NCBI GenBank assembly: GCA_051647685.1
Contig: JBOFEG010000020.1
Coordinates: forward strand, 1-63,270
Direction of reading: 5' to 3'
Length of the DNA: 63,270 bases
DNA from: Chlamydiales bacterium
GTDB lineage: Bacteria > Chlamydiota > Chlamydiia > Chlamydiales > CALTSX01
Made by a program: the position numbers and the translations under genes. Below the pieces are notes generated by a model, which was given only the letters and a program-made list of their open reading frames with translations, had not been told where the DNA came from and did not search any database. Positions 38,311 to 48,158 of this stretch are shown here, one piece after another. Every line of letters begins with the position of its first letter. Position 1 is the stretch's first letter.

Positions 38311-39587
38311 ATACTAGGAATGCATTGCCTTGCAAGACTATCTCCAAGGACTCGGATGAAAGGCACTGAAACAAGCTGCAATATTTCTCTAAAATAGCCT
38401 TGAAGTAGACAGGACATTGCCTCTGAGTGGGAAAGTCCACGTGTTTGTAAATAAAATAATTCCTCTCGAGATAATTTAGAGATGGTAGCTCCGTGAGATG
38501 CTTTTACATCATCGGCAAAGATTTCTAAATTAGGTTTTGCATTAGCAATTGCACTATCACTCAAAAGGAGTTGATGACTTAACTGATAAGCTTCTGTTTT
38601 TTGTGCTTCTGGATGTACATATATTTTTCCCTCAAAACTCGATTGGGAATTACCACAATTAACTCCCTTAAAATGTTGATAAGAACGCGTATGCGGAGTT
38701 AAATGCGAAACGAGTACATTTATGTGAGCCTGATGATTGGACTGCAAAGCCCAAAGCCCCCGAATATCAGTTGTCGCTTTCTCGCCCTCGAGAGACACAG
38801 CAATATCTTGATGATGGGTTTGTTCTCCTGTGGATAAAGAAATAGAAGAGAAAGAACTATCTCTTTTCAAAAAGGCTCGAATCGAATGCATTGTCCAAGC
38901 GCGTGCATTCTTTGGCATATTAGCATAAGAGTAAGAGACAGAAGCACCCTCTGCAACATGCACTTGCAAGTGAGAACTTACTAGAAAATCATCATTGCAT
39001 TCACTAAATTCGTCATTCATAGATAGAGTAATCTTAGATCCAGCTCCAACAAAGATAAGAATAAATGGGCAAGAGATCAATGAATCTTCTACATAATTTG
39101 CAAGAGTTATAGGAGAGTCTATTATGGTATTTGGAGGAATGTATATGAAAATTCCAGATGACAAACTTTGATTTAACAAAACAAATGGGTTTTTTTCTTT
39201 AGCTATAGTAGATAGGCACTTTCCGATAATAATACTGCGATAGCTCCGCATTGCATCAGAAATAGGAAGAATCACTATTTTCTCTATTTCTTGGATTATA
39301 GTAGGGGATCCATTGTGAAAACGCACAGTTGTCGTTTCTTGTTCTGATGTACAGGGTATATTAGTAATTACCTTCTTTTTTTTATTTAGAGAAGAATACA
39401 TTAGATGCAGAGGAAAATACTGAAATAAATCTTTTCGACAAACGGGCAGCCCGAGTTTCGTAAATTTTTCCCAACCATATGAATGAATTGAATTAAAAGA
39501 AGAACTATTTGATTTTTCACGAAATAGGTTTTCGAGTTCTAAATACAAAGTTTTGGCACTATTATGCATACGCTGTAATCCAATCAT
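38307..39587 (-). CDS. sufD: Fe-S cluster assembly protein SufD
   Basis: Position between sufC and sufS. C-terminal ...ANAKPNLEIFADDVKASHGATISKL and EELFYLQTRGL motifs shared with the SufB/SufD family. Confidence 0.8.
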   Translation of the reverse strand: MIGLQRMHNSAKTLYLELENLFREKSNSSSFNSIHSYGWEKFTKLGLPVCRKDLFQYFPLHLMYSSLNKKKKVITNIPCTSEQETTTVRFHNGSPTIIQEIEKIVILPISDAMRSYRSIIIGKCLSTIAKEKNPFVLLNQSLSSGIFIYIPPNTIIDSPITLANYVEDSLISCPFILIFVGAGSKITLSMNDEFSECNDDFLVSSHLQVHVAEGASVSYSYANMPKNARAWTMHSIRAFLKRDSSFSSISLSTGEQTHHQDIAVSLEGEKATTDIRGLWALQSNHQAHINVLVSHLTPHTRSYQHFKGVNCGNSQSSFEGKIYVHPEAQKTEAYQLSHQLLLSDSAIANAKPNLEIFADDVKASHGATISKLSREELFYLQTRGLSHSEAMSCLLQGYFREILQLVSVPFIRVLGDSLARQCIPSI

Positions 39588-40308
39588 ATCCTTTTTTATC
39601 TAATTCATAAGCAAGATCTATGGTACCACTCATAGCAATCTTTCCATCCATCATCACATGCACAAAATCTGGATGTATAAACTCGAGCAATCTCTGATAA
39701 TGAGTAATAAGCAATAAAGATCGATTAGGATCTTTATAAGAGGAAATTCCTTCCCCGACTATTTTTAATGCATCAATATCTAGTCCAGAATCTGTTTCAT
39801 CCAAGACTGCAAGTTTTGGTTGCAATACGAGCATCTGGAGAATTTCATTCCTCTTCTTCTCTCCTCCAGAAAATCCATCGTTAATATCTCTATCTAAAAA
39901 CTCTTCCTTAATAGACATAGTTTTCATAATCTCTGCTGTAAATTTGCGAAAATCACTCTCTGGCATAGGAGTTTGATTTCTAGACTTATATAAGGAGGAA
40001 TGAGCTGTATAGAGAAATTGAAAGTTAGACACCCCCTTAATTTCAATGGGATATTGAAAACTGACAAATAGACCTTCAGCGGCCCTTATTTCTGGCTCAA
40101 CCTCTGTAATATCTTTGTCGAAAAATTGAATTTTGCCTTGTGTCACAGCATAATCGGGATGTCCCGCAAGCACTTTTGACAAAGTAGATTTTCCAGCACC
40201 ATTAGGACCCATAATCGCGTGGACTTCTCCTGGACGTATGTGGATGTTTAGTCCATTGATAATTGGATTATCATTGATATTCACGTGGATATCTTCGATT
40301 TTTAACAT
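39562..40308 (-). CDS. sufC: Fe-S cluster assembly ATPase SufC
   Basis: Walker A GPNGAGKST, signature FSGGEKKRNEILQ, Walker B LAVLDETDSGLD. Confidence 0.9.
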   Translation of the reverse strand: MLKIEDIHVNINDNPIINGLNIHIRPGEVHAIMGPNGAGKSTLSKVLAGHPDYAVTQGKIQFFDKDITEVEPEIRAAEGLFVSFQYPIEIKGVSNFQFLYTAHSSLYKSRNQTPMPESDFRKFTAEIMKTMSIKEEFLDRDINDGFSGGEKKRNEILQMLVLQPKLAVLDETDSGLDIDALKIVGEGISSYKDPNRSLLLITHYQRLLEFIHPDFVHVMMDGKIAMSGTIDLAYELDKKGYDWITAYA

Positions 40309-40311
40309 AAC

Positions 40312-41754
40312 TTACCCTACAGACCCTTCTAATTTTAAAGATAATAACTTTGAAGCCTCAACTGCGAATTCGAGTGGGAGTTCTTGCATTACAGTCTTAC
40401 AAAATCCATTTACAACCATATTAATCGCATCTTCTTTGGATATTCCTCTAGACTGTAAATAAAATAATTGTTCTTCATTCATTTTTGAGGTAGAAGCTTC
40501 ATGCTCTACTTCAGCACTTTCGGTATGCACTTCAATATAGGGAAAAGTATTTGCAGAGCATTTATTTTTAACCAGCATCGAGTCGCATTGCGTAAAATTT
40601 CTAGCCCCGGTAGATGTTTTTGCAATTTTTACAAGGCCTCGATACGTATTGTGTGATTGATCCGCTGCAATTCCTTTAGCGATAATTGTAGAACGCGTAT
40701 TTTTACCTATATGAATCATTTTAGTTCCCGTATCTGCCTGCATTTTTCCATTTGTGAGTGCAACCGAATAAAATTCTCCTATTGAGTGATCTCCTTTTAA
40801 TATGCAACTGGGATATTTCCATGTAATTGCAGCGCCCGCTTCGACTTGTGTCCAACAAATTTTAGAATGATCTCCGGCACATAAACCTCTTTTGGTAACG
40901 AAGTTATATACCCCACCTTTCCCTGTCTTTGAATCTCCAGCATACCAATTTTGTACAGTAGAATACTTGATCTCCGCGTCTCTATGAGCGATGAGTTCAA
41001 CAACCGCTGCATGAAGTTGATTGTTATCATAAGCAGGCGCTGTGCAACCTTCTAGATAACTGACATATGAACCCTCTTCTGCAATGATCAAAGTTCGTTC
41101 AAACTGTCCTGTTTCCCTTTCATTAATACGAAAATAAGTAGAAAGTTCAATCGGACATCTAACACCTTTTGGTATATATACAAAAGATCCATCAGAGAAT
41201 ACAGCAGAGTTAAGAGCGGAAAAGAAATTATCTTGAACGGGAACAACACTTGCTAAGTATTTTTTTATCAAATCGGGATATTTTTGAACAGCTTCTGAAA
41301 TAGAACAAAGCACAACACCAGCATCTTGCAATTTCTGATGAAAAGTAGTTCCAAGGGAAACAGAATCGAATACAACATCTACAGCTACATTAGATAGTCT
41401 TTTCTGTTCCTCTAATGGAATTCCCAATCTTTCAAAAGTACGTAGAATTTCGGGATCTACCTCATCAAGAGAATTAATAGTTTGTCGAATTTTTGGCGCT
41501 GCAAAGTACCGAATGTTTTGAAAATCTATTGGATTATACTGTATGTTTGCCCAAGTCGGGGGTACAGTCATTGTTAACCAAATTCTGTAAGCCTCTAATC
41601 GAAATTGAAGCATGAACGGTGGTTCATTCTTTTTTTGTGAAAGGCGCGTAATGATTTCTTCATTCAAACCTTTAGGAAAAATTTCTGATTCAATGTCTGT
41701 GACAAATCCATATTCATAAGATTTTTCTTCAAAGGATATTTGATCTGTAGTCAT
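40312..41754 (-). CDS. sufB: Fe-S cluster assembly scaffold SufB
   Basis: 480 aa. [48 protein letters not shown] are typical SufB blocks. Confidence 0.9.
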   Translation of the reverse strand: MTTDQISFEEKSYEYGFVTDIESEIFPKGLNEEIITRLSQKKNEPPFMLQFRLEAYRIWLTMTVPPTWANIQYNPIDFQNIRYFAAPKIRQTINSLDEVDPEILRTFERLGIPLEEQKRLSNVAVDVVFDSVSLGTTFHQKLQDAGVVLCSISEAVQKYPDLIKKYLASVVPVQDNFFSALNSAVFSDGSFVYIPKGVRCPIELSTYFRINERETGQFERTLIIAEEGSYVSYLEGCTAPAYDNNQLHAAVVELIAHRDAEIKYSTVQNWYAGDSKTGKGGVYNFVTKRGLCAGDHSKICWTQVEAGAAITWKYPSCILKGDHSIGEFYSVALTNGKMQADTGTKMIHIGKNTRSTIIAKGIAADQSHNTYRGLVKIAKTSTGARNFTQCDSMLVKNKCSANTFPYIEVHTESAEVEHEASTSKMNEEQLFYLQSRGISKEDAINMVVNGFCKTVMQELPLEFAVEASKLLSLKLEGSVG

Positions 41755-41917
41755 AGAAATCTCGCATTCTAACTAGTTAAGTTGATATTAGAAAATGGCG
41801 TACAGGATATTATAACTAATCCATTAATTGTAAATTTTATCATGATAAAACAAAATCCGCAATCAGAATAAAATTCTTATTATAGATAATTGTAATATAC
41901 TTAACCTTAAATAAAAT

Positions 41918-42691
41918 TTATTTGGAAATTACATTTTTTGATATACCATATTGTTTTTCCCATAAACGCTCTGCCAGGATTAGATCTTGAGGAGTATCTA
42001 TACCAATAGAATCTTTCATTGTTTCGTGCACTTGAATATGAAGTCCATGATATAAAAATCGCAACTGTTCTAATTGTTCGTTAATTTCAATGGGAACGGG
42101 CCCAGTTTTAGAAATTTTCTCTAATGCCTTTGGGCTAAATGCATATATTCCAATATGTTTAAAATAGAGAATAGGTAACTTTCCAGAATCATAAGGAATA
42201 GCCTGTCTAGAAAAATACATAGCCCTGCCCGTATTATCCGTCACTACCTTAGTAATATTTACATTTTTAATTTCATCTAATTTGGTAATTTTTTTCTTTA
42301 GCGTCCAAATATCCCTTTCTGTATCAATGCTGCTTAATAATTCAAGTAACATCTGTTTCTCTAAAAAAGGTTCATCTGCCTGCCAATTGACCCAAATATC
42401 AGCAGAAATTTTGCCACTTTGATAGACTTCAATAAGGCGATCTGTCCCACTATTCCAAGTAGGCGATGTATATATTATATTTTTTGTGAAACTCGATGCT
42501 AAATCATACGTCGACTGATCATCGACAGCAATGATAATTGAATCAAATAAAGAACATTGTTTTGCTGCTTTATATACCCGTTTTAACAAAGGCTCTCCAG
42601 CAAGATACTGTAGGACCTTTCCTGGAAAACGAGTGGAATGCAAACGAGCTGGTATAATACATGCGATCTTCTTTTTATGTAACATACGCAA
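41918..42691 (-). CDS. kdsB: 3-deoxy-manno-octulosonate cytidylyltransferase (CMP-Kdo synthetase)
   Basis: IIPARLHSTRFPGKVL, NSGTDRL, NWQADEP, YFSRQAIPY, LEQLRFL all parallel E. coli KdsB blocks. Confidence 0.85.
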   Translation of the reverse strand: MRMLHKKKIACIIPARLHSTRFPGKVLQYLAGEPLLKRVYKAAKQCSLFDSIIIAVDDQSTYDLASSFTKNIIYTSPTWNSGTDRLIEVYQSGKISADIWVNWQADEPFLEKQMLLELLSSIDTERDIWTLKKKITKLDEIKNVNITKVVTDNTGRAMYFSRQAIPYDSGKLPILYFKHIGIYAFSPKALEKISKTGPVPIEINEQLEQLRFLYHGLHIQVHETMKDSIGIDTPQDLILAERLWEKQYGISKNVISK

Positions 42692-43691
42692 CCTTGTCCT
42701 CTGTTGTAGTTAACCAGCCCTTATTATGAATATACCAAGCAATAGTATGTTCGAGATGTTTAGAAAAAGATTTCTTGGAATTCCAATCTATTATTCCTTC
42801 TGTTTTTTGCAAGGAATAACAATAGTCGTGACCGGGTCTATCGGGTATAAATTTAATGAGTCCTCGGTAATCAGACTCTTCATCACCTATAAGGAGACAA
42901 TAAATGCTAATAATTTTTTGAACAAGCTCGAAATTATTCCAATGATTCTCTCCAGTAAAGGCCACTCTTCTACTATGCAGCGGTATTTCGAGAAAGTTCC
43001 ATATAGCCATTATATGATCGTCAACATAAATCCAATCACGGATTTGTTTTCCTTCTCCATAAACAGGAATAGATTTTCTTTCTATGAGGCTTCGAATAAT
43101 TACTGGAATGAATTTTTCAGGGTATTGATAAGGTCCAAAATTATTACTGGAATACGAGAGCGTCACTGGCGTATTATACGTTTTATTATAAGAAAGCACG
43201 AAATGATCTGCACTTGCTTTAGAAGCAGCATACGGAGAACTTGGATTATAAGGCGCGTTTATATCTGATACTTGTTTCCGAGAACCAAAAACTTCATCAG
43301 TCGAAACGTGATGCATCCGAACTGATGGATGAGCACGAGTGAATTCGAGCAGAGATATAGTCCCGAGGATATTGGTATGAATAAATTGATACGGAGCTGC
43401 AATGCTGCGGTCTACATGAGATTCTGCTGCAAAATGAACAATAATAGTAAATGAATACTTTTGCCAAATATTCTCCAGCAGATCAGGGTCTCCAATATTG
43501 CCTTCTATAAACTGATACTTAGAGTTACGCTGCAAGTCTATCGGAATATTATTTGGATTTCCGGCATAGGTAAGTGCATCCAAATTGATAATTTTTCCAG
43601 TAAATTCTCTTCTTAGTAAAACAAATCTTATAAAGGCAGAACCAATAAATCCAGCTCCCCCCGTCACTAAAATGGTTTGATGATCTAACAT
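42675..43691 (-). CDS. rfbB: dTDP-glucose 4,6-dehydratase
   Basis: ILVTGGAGFIGSAF, HFAAESHVDRS, YAASKASADH (YxxxK). 338 aa. Confidence 0.9.
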   Translation of the reverse strand: MLDHQTILVTGGAGFIGSAFIRFVLLRREFTGKIINLDALTYAGNPNNIPIDLQRNSKYQFIEGNIGDPDLLENIWQKYSFTIIVHFAAESHVDRSIAAPYQFIHTNILGTISLLEFTRAHPSVRMHHVSTDEVFGSRKQVSDINAPYNPSSPYAASKASADHFVLSYNKTYNTPVTLSYSSNNFGPYQYPEKFIPVIIRSLIERKSIPVYGEGKQIRDWIYVDDHIMAIWNFLEIPLHSRRVAFTGENHWNNFELVQKIISIYCLLIGDEESDYRGLIKFIPDRPGHDYCYSLQKTEGIIDWNSKKSFSKHLEHTIAWYIHNKGWLTTTEDKVAYVT

Positions 43692-44524
43692 AATAACTCA
43701 GTCAGTCCTCGTTTCCAATGGCGAATCTCCAGTCCATAATTTTCAATTTTTTGCGTATTGAGTACGCTATACTTAGGACGGAAAGCTCTAACTTCATAAT
43801 CGCAGCTCGATATAGGAATAATCTTAGTACACCGCAATTTTGTTACTGATTGTAGACAATAATGAATTTCTTTTGCGAGATCAAACCATGTAGTTTCTCC
43901 TTTATTGGCAAAGTGAAAAATTCCCTCCTGTTCTAACAAAAATATAACGGCCTCTGCTAGATCTTTAACAAGTGTTGGTTTGCCTATCTGGTCAGATACA
44001 ATAGATATTTCTTCTTTTTCCATCATTAACCTGCGCATAGTGGTAAAAAAGTTAGTATTATTAGAAGAAATTACCCAAGAAGTCCGGAGTATAGTACATC
44101 CTGGTAAATAGATTTGAATTTTCTTTTCTCCCTCGTATTTCGTTTTGCCATATATATTTTGTGGTATCGGTATATCTTCTTCTGTGTAGCCATCTTTATT
44201 TTTTCCAGAAAAAATATAATCTGTCGAAATATGAAGAAAGCGCCCTTTTTCTTCTTGGATTACTCGAGCGATATTCTCGACTCCTTGTACATTAATTGAG
44301 TATGCTCGCGTAATTTCTTCTTCCGCTCTATCTACTGCAGTATATGCGGCAGCATTAATAGTATGAGTGGGGCGAAACTGTCGATACCAAGTGCGAATCG
44401 ACTTTATATTACAAATATCCACTTCCTTTCTAGAAGTAGCGTAAAATAGAATATTCCTATTTTGCAACGCATTGAAAAGCGCCTGTGCAACTATGCCAGA
44501 CTTTCCTATGACCCAAATCCGCAT
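43685..44524 (-). CDS. rfbD: dTDP-4-dehydrorhamnose reductase
   Basis: MRIWVIGKSGIVAQAL, INAAAYTAVDRAE, STDYIFSG, YGKTKYEGE are RmlD motifs. Overlaps both neighbours. Confidence 0.85.
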   Translation of the reverse strand: MRIWVIGKSGIVAQALFNALQNRNILFYATSRKEVDICNIKSIRTWYRQFRPTHTINAAAYTAVDRAEEEITRAYSINVQGVENIARVIQEEKGRFLHISTDYIFSGKNKDGYTEEDIPIPQNIYGKTKYEGEKKIQIYLPGCTILRTSWVISSNNTNFFTTMRRLMMEKEEISIVSDQIGKPTLVKDLAEAVIFLLEQEGIFHFANKGETTWFDLAKEIHYCLQSVTKLRCTKIIPISSCDYEVRAFRPKYSVLNTQKIENYGLEIRHWKRGLTELLC

Positions 44525-45048
44525 ACACTCTCACGAAAATTCGGTGCTTCTAGATCTCGCTTCGATAGGATCTTATCAGAAAGTGGCCATGTAATGGCTA
44601 TTTCTGGATCCATACTAGAAAATTGATTTTCTTTTTCTGGATTATAATATTCACTTACTTTGTATATGAGATGAGCAACCGGACTTAAGACACAAAATCC
44701 ATGTGCAAAGCCATCTGGAATAAAAAATAATTGGGGTTTATCATCACTCAAATAAATCCCCACCCATTTTCCAAATGTAGTAGAAGATGGCCTAACATCA
44801 ACTACGACATCAAAAATTGTACCCACTATCACTTGAATGAGTTTTGCTTGGCCTGGTTGCCAGTGCATCCCTCTCAAAACGTTTTTATGAGAAAAAGAAT
44901 GATTTTCTTGTACAAACTTACAAGTGATCCCCGCTTCTGGTAATTTTTCTTTCCGGAGGGTTTCATAAAAAAATCCTCGTTTATCTCGATATATTTTCGG
45001 AGTAAGTATTTTTAGTCCTGAAACTTCCAGTTCACTAATTTTTACCAT
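44506..45048 (-). CDS. rfbC: dTDP-4-dehydrorhamnose 3,5-epimerase
   Basis: RGFFYE, VLRGMHWQ, QAKLIQV, IPDGFAHGF cupin motifs of RmlC. 180 aa. Confidence 0.9.
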   Translation of the reverse strand: MVKISELEVSGLKILTPKIYRDKRGFFYETLRKEKLPEAGITCKFVQENHSFSHKNVLRGMHWQPGQAKLIQVIVGTIFDVVVDVRPSSTTFGKWVGIYLSDDKPQLFFIPDGFAHGFCVLSPVAHLIYKVSEYYNPEKENQFSSMDPEIAITWPLSDKILSKRDLEAPNFRESVCGFGS

Positions 45049-45757
45049 ATTGTTCCATTTGACTAAATGACATGTTATTAGTTGTTTTTGGATATTCTCG
45101 TCTTACATAAATAACTTCTCCCTTGCCAGAAGGAGTACGTTCAGGAAAATCACATCGTATAGCTTCTGCACTACATACATAATCAGGAAACTTCTTATGA
45201 ATTTCTTTCATAACACTTTCTGCAATCTGATGATCCTCCTCTAAAATTTCTCTATCATAATAAAAATAACCAGTGATGGGATCCATATCCCAGTAAGCTA
45301 TTACCTCTCTTATATTGAATGTAATTTCACCTAATAAAGCATGCAGAAAAGCTAGCACTACTTTAATGCGTAATTGTATTTCTAAACTCAGTTCTAAATT
45401 TGGCGTATTTGGATATTCTATATATTCTTTAGTTAATTGACCGGGATGAAATGGCTCTTTTCGAAGGTAGATAACATCACCGCATAATGGAATTGGGCTT
45501 TCATAATCCAATCTAGTATATTCTGTAACAAAGCGATAAGACATAAAGTCTACAGAAGATTCTGTTTCTGCACAGCTCATTGATTCATAATCATCATCTG
45601 TTATTTCTCTATCATAAAAAAAATATAGATAAACGAATTGTTCATCATATCTAATCTGTGCAGATCGAAGTTGTGGGAAAATTTCTTGTCCAAGCGCACG
45701 TTTTAACGAAAGGATGAGATCAGTTCTTGTTACTTTATTTTGGTGCTGCGGGTACAA
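45035..45757 (-). CDS. candidate immunity protein (internally duplicated domain), cognate to the upstream toxin-like gene
   Basis: TTG start at 45757 preceded by AAGGAG (45764-45769, 6-nt spacer). Overlaps the 3' end of the extended toxin frame by 23 nt and the rfbC start by 14 nt. Two homologous halves: YLYFFYDREITDDDYES..GDVIYLRKEP and TGYFYYDREILEEDHQI..GEVIYVRREYP. Confidence 0.5.
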   Translation of the reverse strand: MYPQHQNKVTRTDLILSLKRALGQEIFPQLRSAQIRYDEQFVYLYFFYDREITDDDYESMSCAETESSVDFMSYRFVTEYTRLDYESPIPLCGDVIYLRKEPFHPGQLTKEYIEYPNTPNLELSLEIQLRIKVVLAFLHALLGEITFNIREVIAYWDMDPITGYFYYDREILEEDHQIAESVMKEIHKKFPDYVCSAEAIRCDFPERTPSGKGEVIYVRREYPKTTNNMSFSQMEQYGKN

Positions 45758-47369
45758 TGTGTGCTCCTTTTTTACTATAATGAATTTTCGCCATGGTAGT
45801 AGGTACTCGCGTTTTTCCCTCGTTAGTAATATAAATACCTATAATTTCCTTACAGTCAATAATTTCTCTGTAACTAGCTTGACCTAATTCACCGGCTACT
45901 CAAATTCCTTTGCCCCCAAATTTATTGATTTTTTTTTGAGGATCTGGATGTATCCAGATGCTTCTATTTAATTCTACTTTATAATTCCAACTCCCTGCTA
46001 TATGCTTAGTTTGTTTATGGATTTCTACTATAAAAGCGCCTCTTTTTATCATTTCTTTACGAATGGCAAGACATTCTTTTGCCCTTGTTTTAATTACTTG
46101 CTTATTAGCTTTACTAAGCTGAATAGCTTCGTAAGTCATTATATTATTGGCTCTTTTTAAATTTTGGTAGGAACGAATTCCTTTAGTCATTGCCATTCCT
46201 GCAAAAATATCTTCGCCATATTTACCAATGATATTGCCCGATATAACTCCTCTTTCTTTTCTATCTAGTATATCCCAATTTTGTATTAGATATTGAAGTT
46301 CAGGAACTAGTTTATCTAGATACTCTTTTGGGGTATGAGTTCTTATGAATTCGATACAAGCTTGTGTTGCTTGTACCATTTCATAAGAAATATTGACTGG
46401 ATCCTGGACAAAAGCCCATAGACCTTGTCCTAGTCCATACATAGAGGAAAGCAGTGATGGAATATATTCTAAGGCTGATTCTGCTCCATCTTTTATAATT
46501 CCTTCTGATAATCCTAAAGAAAAATCAAGAAGATTAGAATTTTTAGGAATAGAAGTTGGTTGAATTTTAGAAGTAATATAATCTTGTAAAGATTCTTCAA
46601 AATTTCCAAGTTCAAAGTAAGCAGTAGCCCTTTGAAAATAAGCTTCTTTATTTTCTGGGTCTTTTTTAATCGCATTATTAAGAATATGCAATGCTTGGCT
46701 AAATTGATTTGTTTCTATATAACCCTTTGCAAGTTCTACATGAAAATAAGAGGCGTCTTGTTGTATACCTTGTAAGTATTCTTCTACTTTTTCATTATTT
46801 AGAATTTTGTTAATACATTGTATAGCTTCAATAGTATCTGATCTATCTAAAGCAATTAATCCTTTTTCAGCCCAATAATTAGGATTATTAGAATCTGTTT
46901 TTTCTTGATACAATAGATAGAATCTCTTTTGTATATCTTCCCATGCTAATTCTAAAATAGAGCTTATAACAGGTATTTCTCTAACACTTACACAATTATA
47001 ATCGGGATGATTACATCGCCAAAAAAGACTATTGAAACCTTCTCGAAAATGAATATATTGTGGATGCCAAGATAATCGATATGCGCTATCAAACGCTTCT
47101 GGCCATTCAAATCTATATAGAAATCTTTTAGGGCTAAATGGTGATAAAAGACCAGCGTGTGCTGCTTCATTAACATATTTAATCGCTTGATCAGCAAATT
47201 CTAATCTTTTCTCTCTCGTTTCTGGTATAGGATCTTTAAAAACTACAGTATTTGCTTCCGAAAAAAAAAGAATATTAAAAATAAAGAAGAATATTGCTAA
47301 GAATACGCGCTGTTTTTGGCCATATGTGTGTTCGCAAATAGACTTCATTTTCTGCCGAAGAATTTTCAT
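45735..47369 (-). pseudogene. secreted TPR protein with polymorphic-toxin-type C-terminal domain, interrupted by an in-frame TGA at 45900-45902
   Basis: The listed ORF (45900-47369) ends ...EIHKQTKHIAGSWNYKVELNRSIWIHPDPQKKINKFGGKGI*. The same frame continues for 54 codons (VAGELGQASYREIIDCKEIIGIYITNEGKTRVPTTMAKIHYSKKGAHIVPAAPK) to a TAA at 45735-45737. Signal/anchor at the N-terminus and TPR repeats mid-protein. Confidence 0.6.
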
Positions 47370-47444
47370 AGTTGCATTTCAAGATTTTTTGAAAAAACAG
47401 GAGAATATATGGTTTATTATTTGTAAAATATACATTTATTTAAC

Positions 47445-48158
47445 TTAGTACTTTATTCCAATCACACTTGCATTTCGCATTTGTGTTTTTGTCCTTCGAT
47501 AGGAAAAATAATTTGAACTTGAAAAAGTACAAATCTTCGATATCGCAATATTATTCTCTGGTATCCCCATTTGACTCAGTTGATAAGCACCTAATTGCCA
47601 AAAATCAAAATAGGATGGTGCTATTTGAAATTTATAAAAATATTTCGGAAAAACTTCTCGATGATGGGTATATTTTGAAGCTGTAGGACCTAAACTTGGA
47701 CTAATACAAACTAAAATATCATTTGAATTTGTAGAAAACTTATCTTGCATTGTGGTAATGACCTTTCTATATATGTTTCTAACAAGGCCTTTCCATCCAG
47801 AATGGATTATAGCAATTACTTGATTGTATTTATCATACAGCAGTGCTGCTTGACAATCAGCATGACGGACACATAGGGCAATATTTTTTTTCGCGGTAAT
47901 CAAAGCATCTGTATCTGATATGCAAAGTACACTGTTACTTTCTATATTTTTAACAATATGTACATTGTCTCCATGGATCTGATTACAATAGACTAATCCA
48001 TCGAGTTCCCATTCTTTTATAATTTTGCGTGTTATTTTCTCGATGTTACTGTCGCAAAAATCGTGAGGGCACAGAAATGCGCCTTGGATTAACTCTGGAG
48101 ATTTCATAAAGAGTGAAAATGTTTTATAGTAAAATGCACTCTTTTTTAATTCTTGCAT
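47445..48158 (-). CDS. pgeF: YfiH/PgeF (DUF152, laccase-domain) purine nucleoside phosphorylase / peptidoglycan editing factor
   Basis: NQIHGDNV, TDALIT, RHADCQAALLYD, IIHSGWKG, YFSYRR motifs. The true start may be the internal Met at 48107. Confidence 0.75.
   Translation of the reverse strand: MQELKKSAFYYKTFSLFMKSPELIQGAFLCPHDFCDSNIEKITRKIIKEWELDGLVYCNQIHGDNVHIVKNIESNSVLCISDTDALITAKKNIALCVRHADCQAALLYDKYNQVIAIIHSGWKGLVRNIYRKVITTMQDKFSTNSNDILVCISPSLGPTASKYTHHREVFPKYFYKFQIAPSYFDFWQLGAYQLSQMGIPENNIAISKICTFSSSNYFSYRRTKTQMRNASVIGIKY

Noticed and set aside
41918-42691. The nucleotidyltransferase at the end of the rfb operon might be the missing rfbA (glucose-1-P thymidylyltransferase).
   Set aside because: The sequence blocks (IIPARLHSTRFPGK, SGTDRL, QADEP, LEQLR) match CMP-Kdo synthetase KdsB, not the GGSGTRL...KQLLP pattern of RmlA.
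42726-43268. 180-aa ORF on the plus strand.
   Set aside because: It lies entirely antisense to the strongly conserved rfbB. It has a low-complexity Ile/Phe/Arg-rich translation and no motif. It is a typical shadow ORF in AT-rich DNA.
45758-45899. The 142-nt gap could be an intergenic promoter region for the downstream ORF.
   Set aside because: It is fully open in the upstream gene's frame and encodes a sequence that completes a recognisable toxin-domain pattern. The downstream gene's SD and TTG lie within that frame.
45900-45902. The in-frame TGA in the toxin gene could mean an alternative genetic code (TGA = Trp or Gly).
   Set aside because: TGA is the natural stop of well-delimited genes in this window: sctJ (30291-30293), the K-position gene (31157-31159), mcsB (52609-52611) and the Bcs1-like gene (54047-54049). 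All have normal lengths, so the standard code 11 applies.
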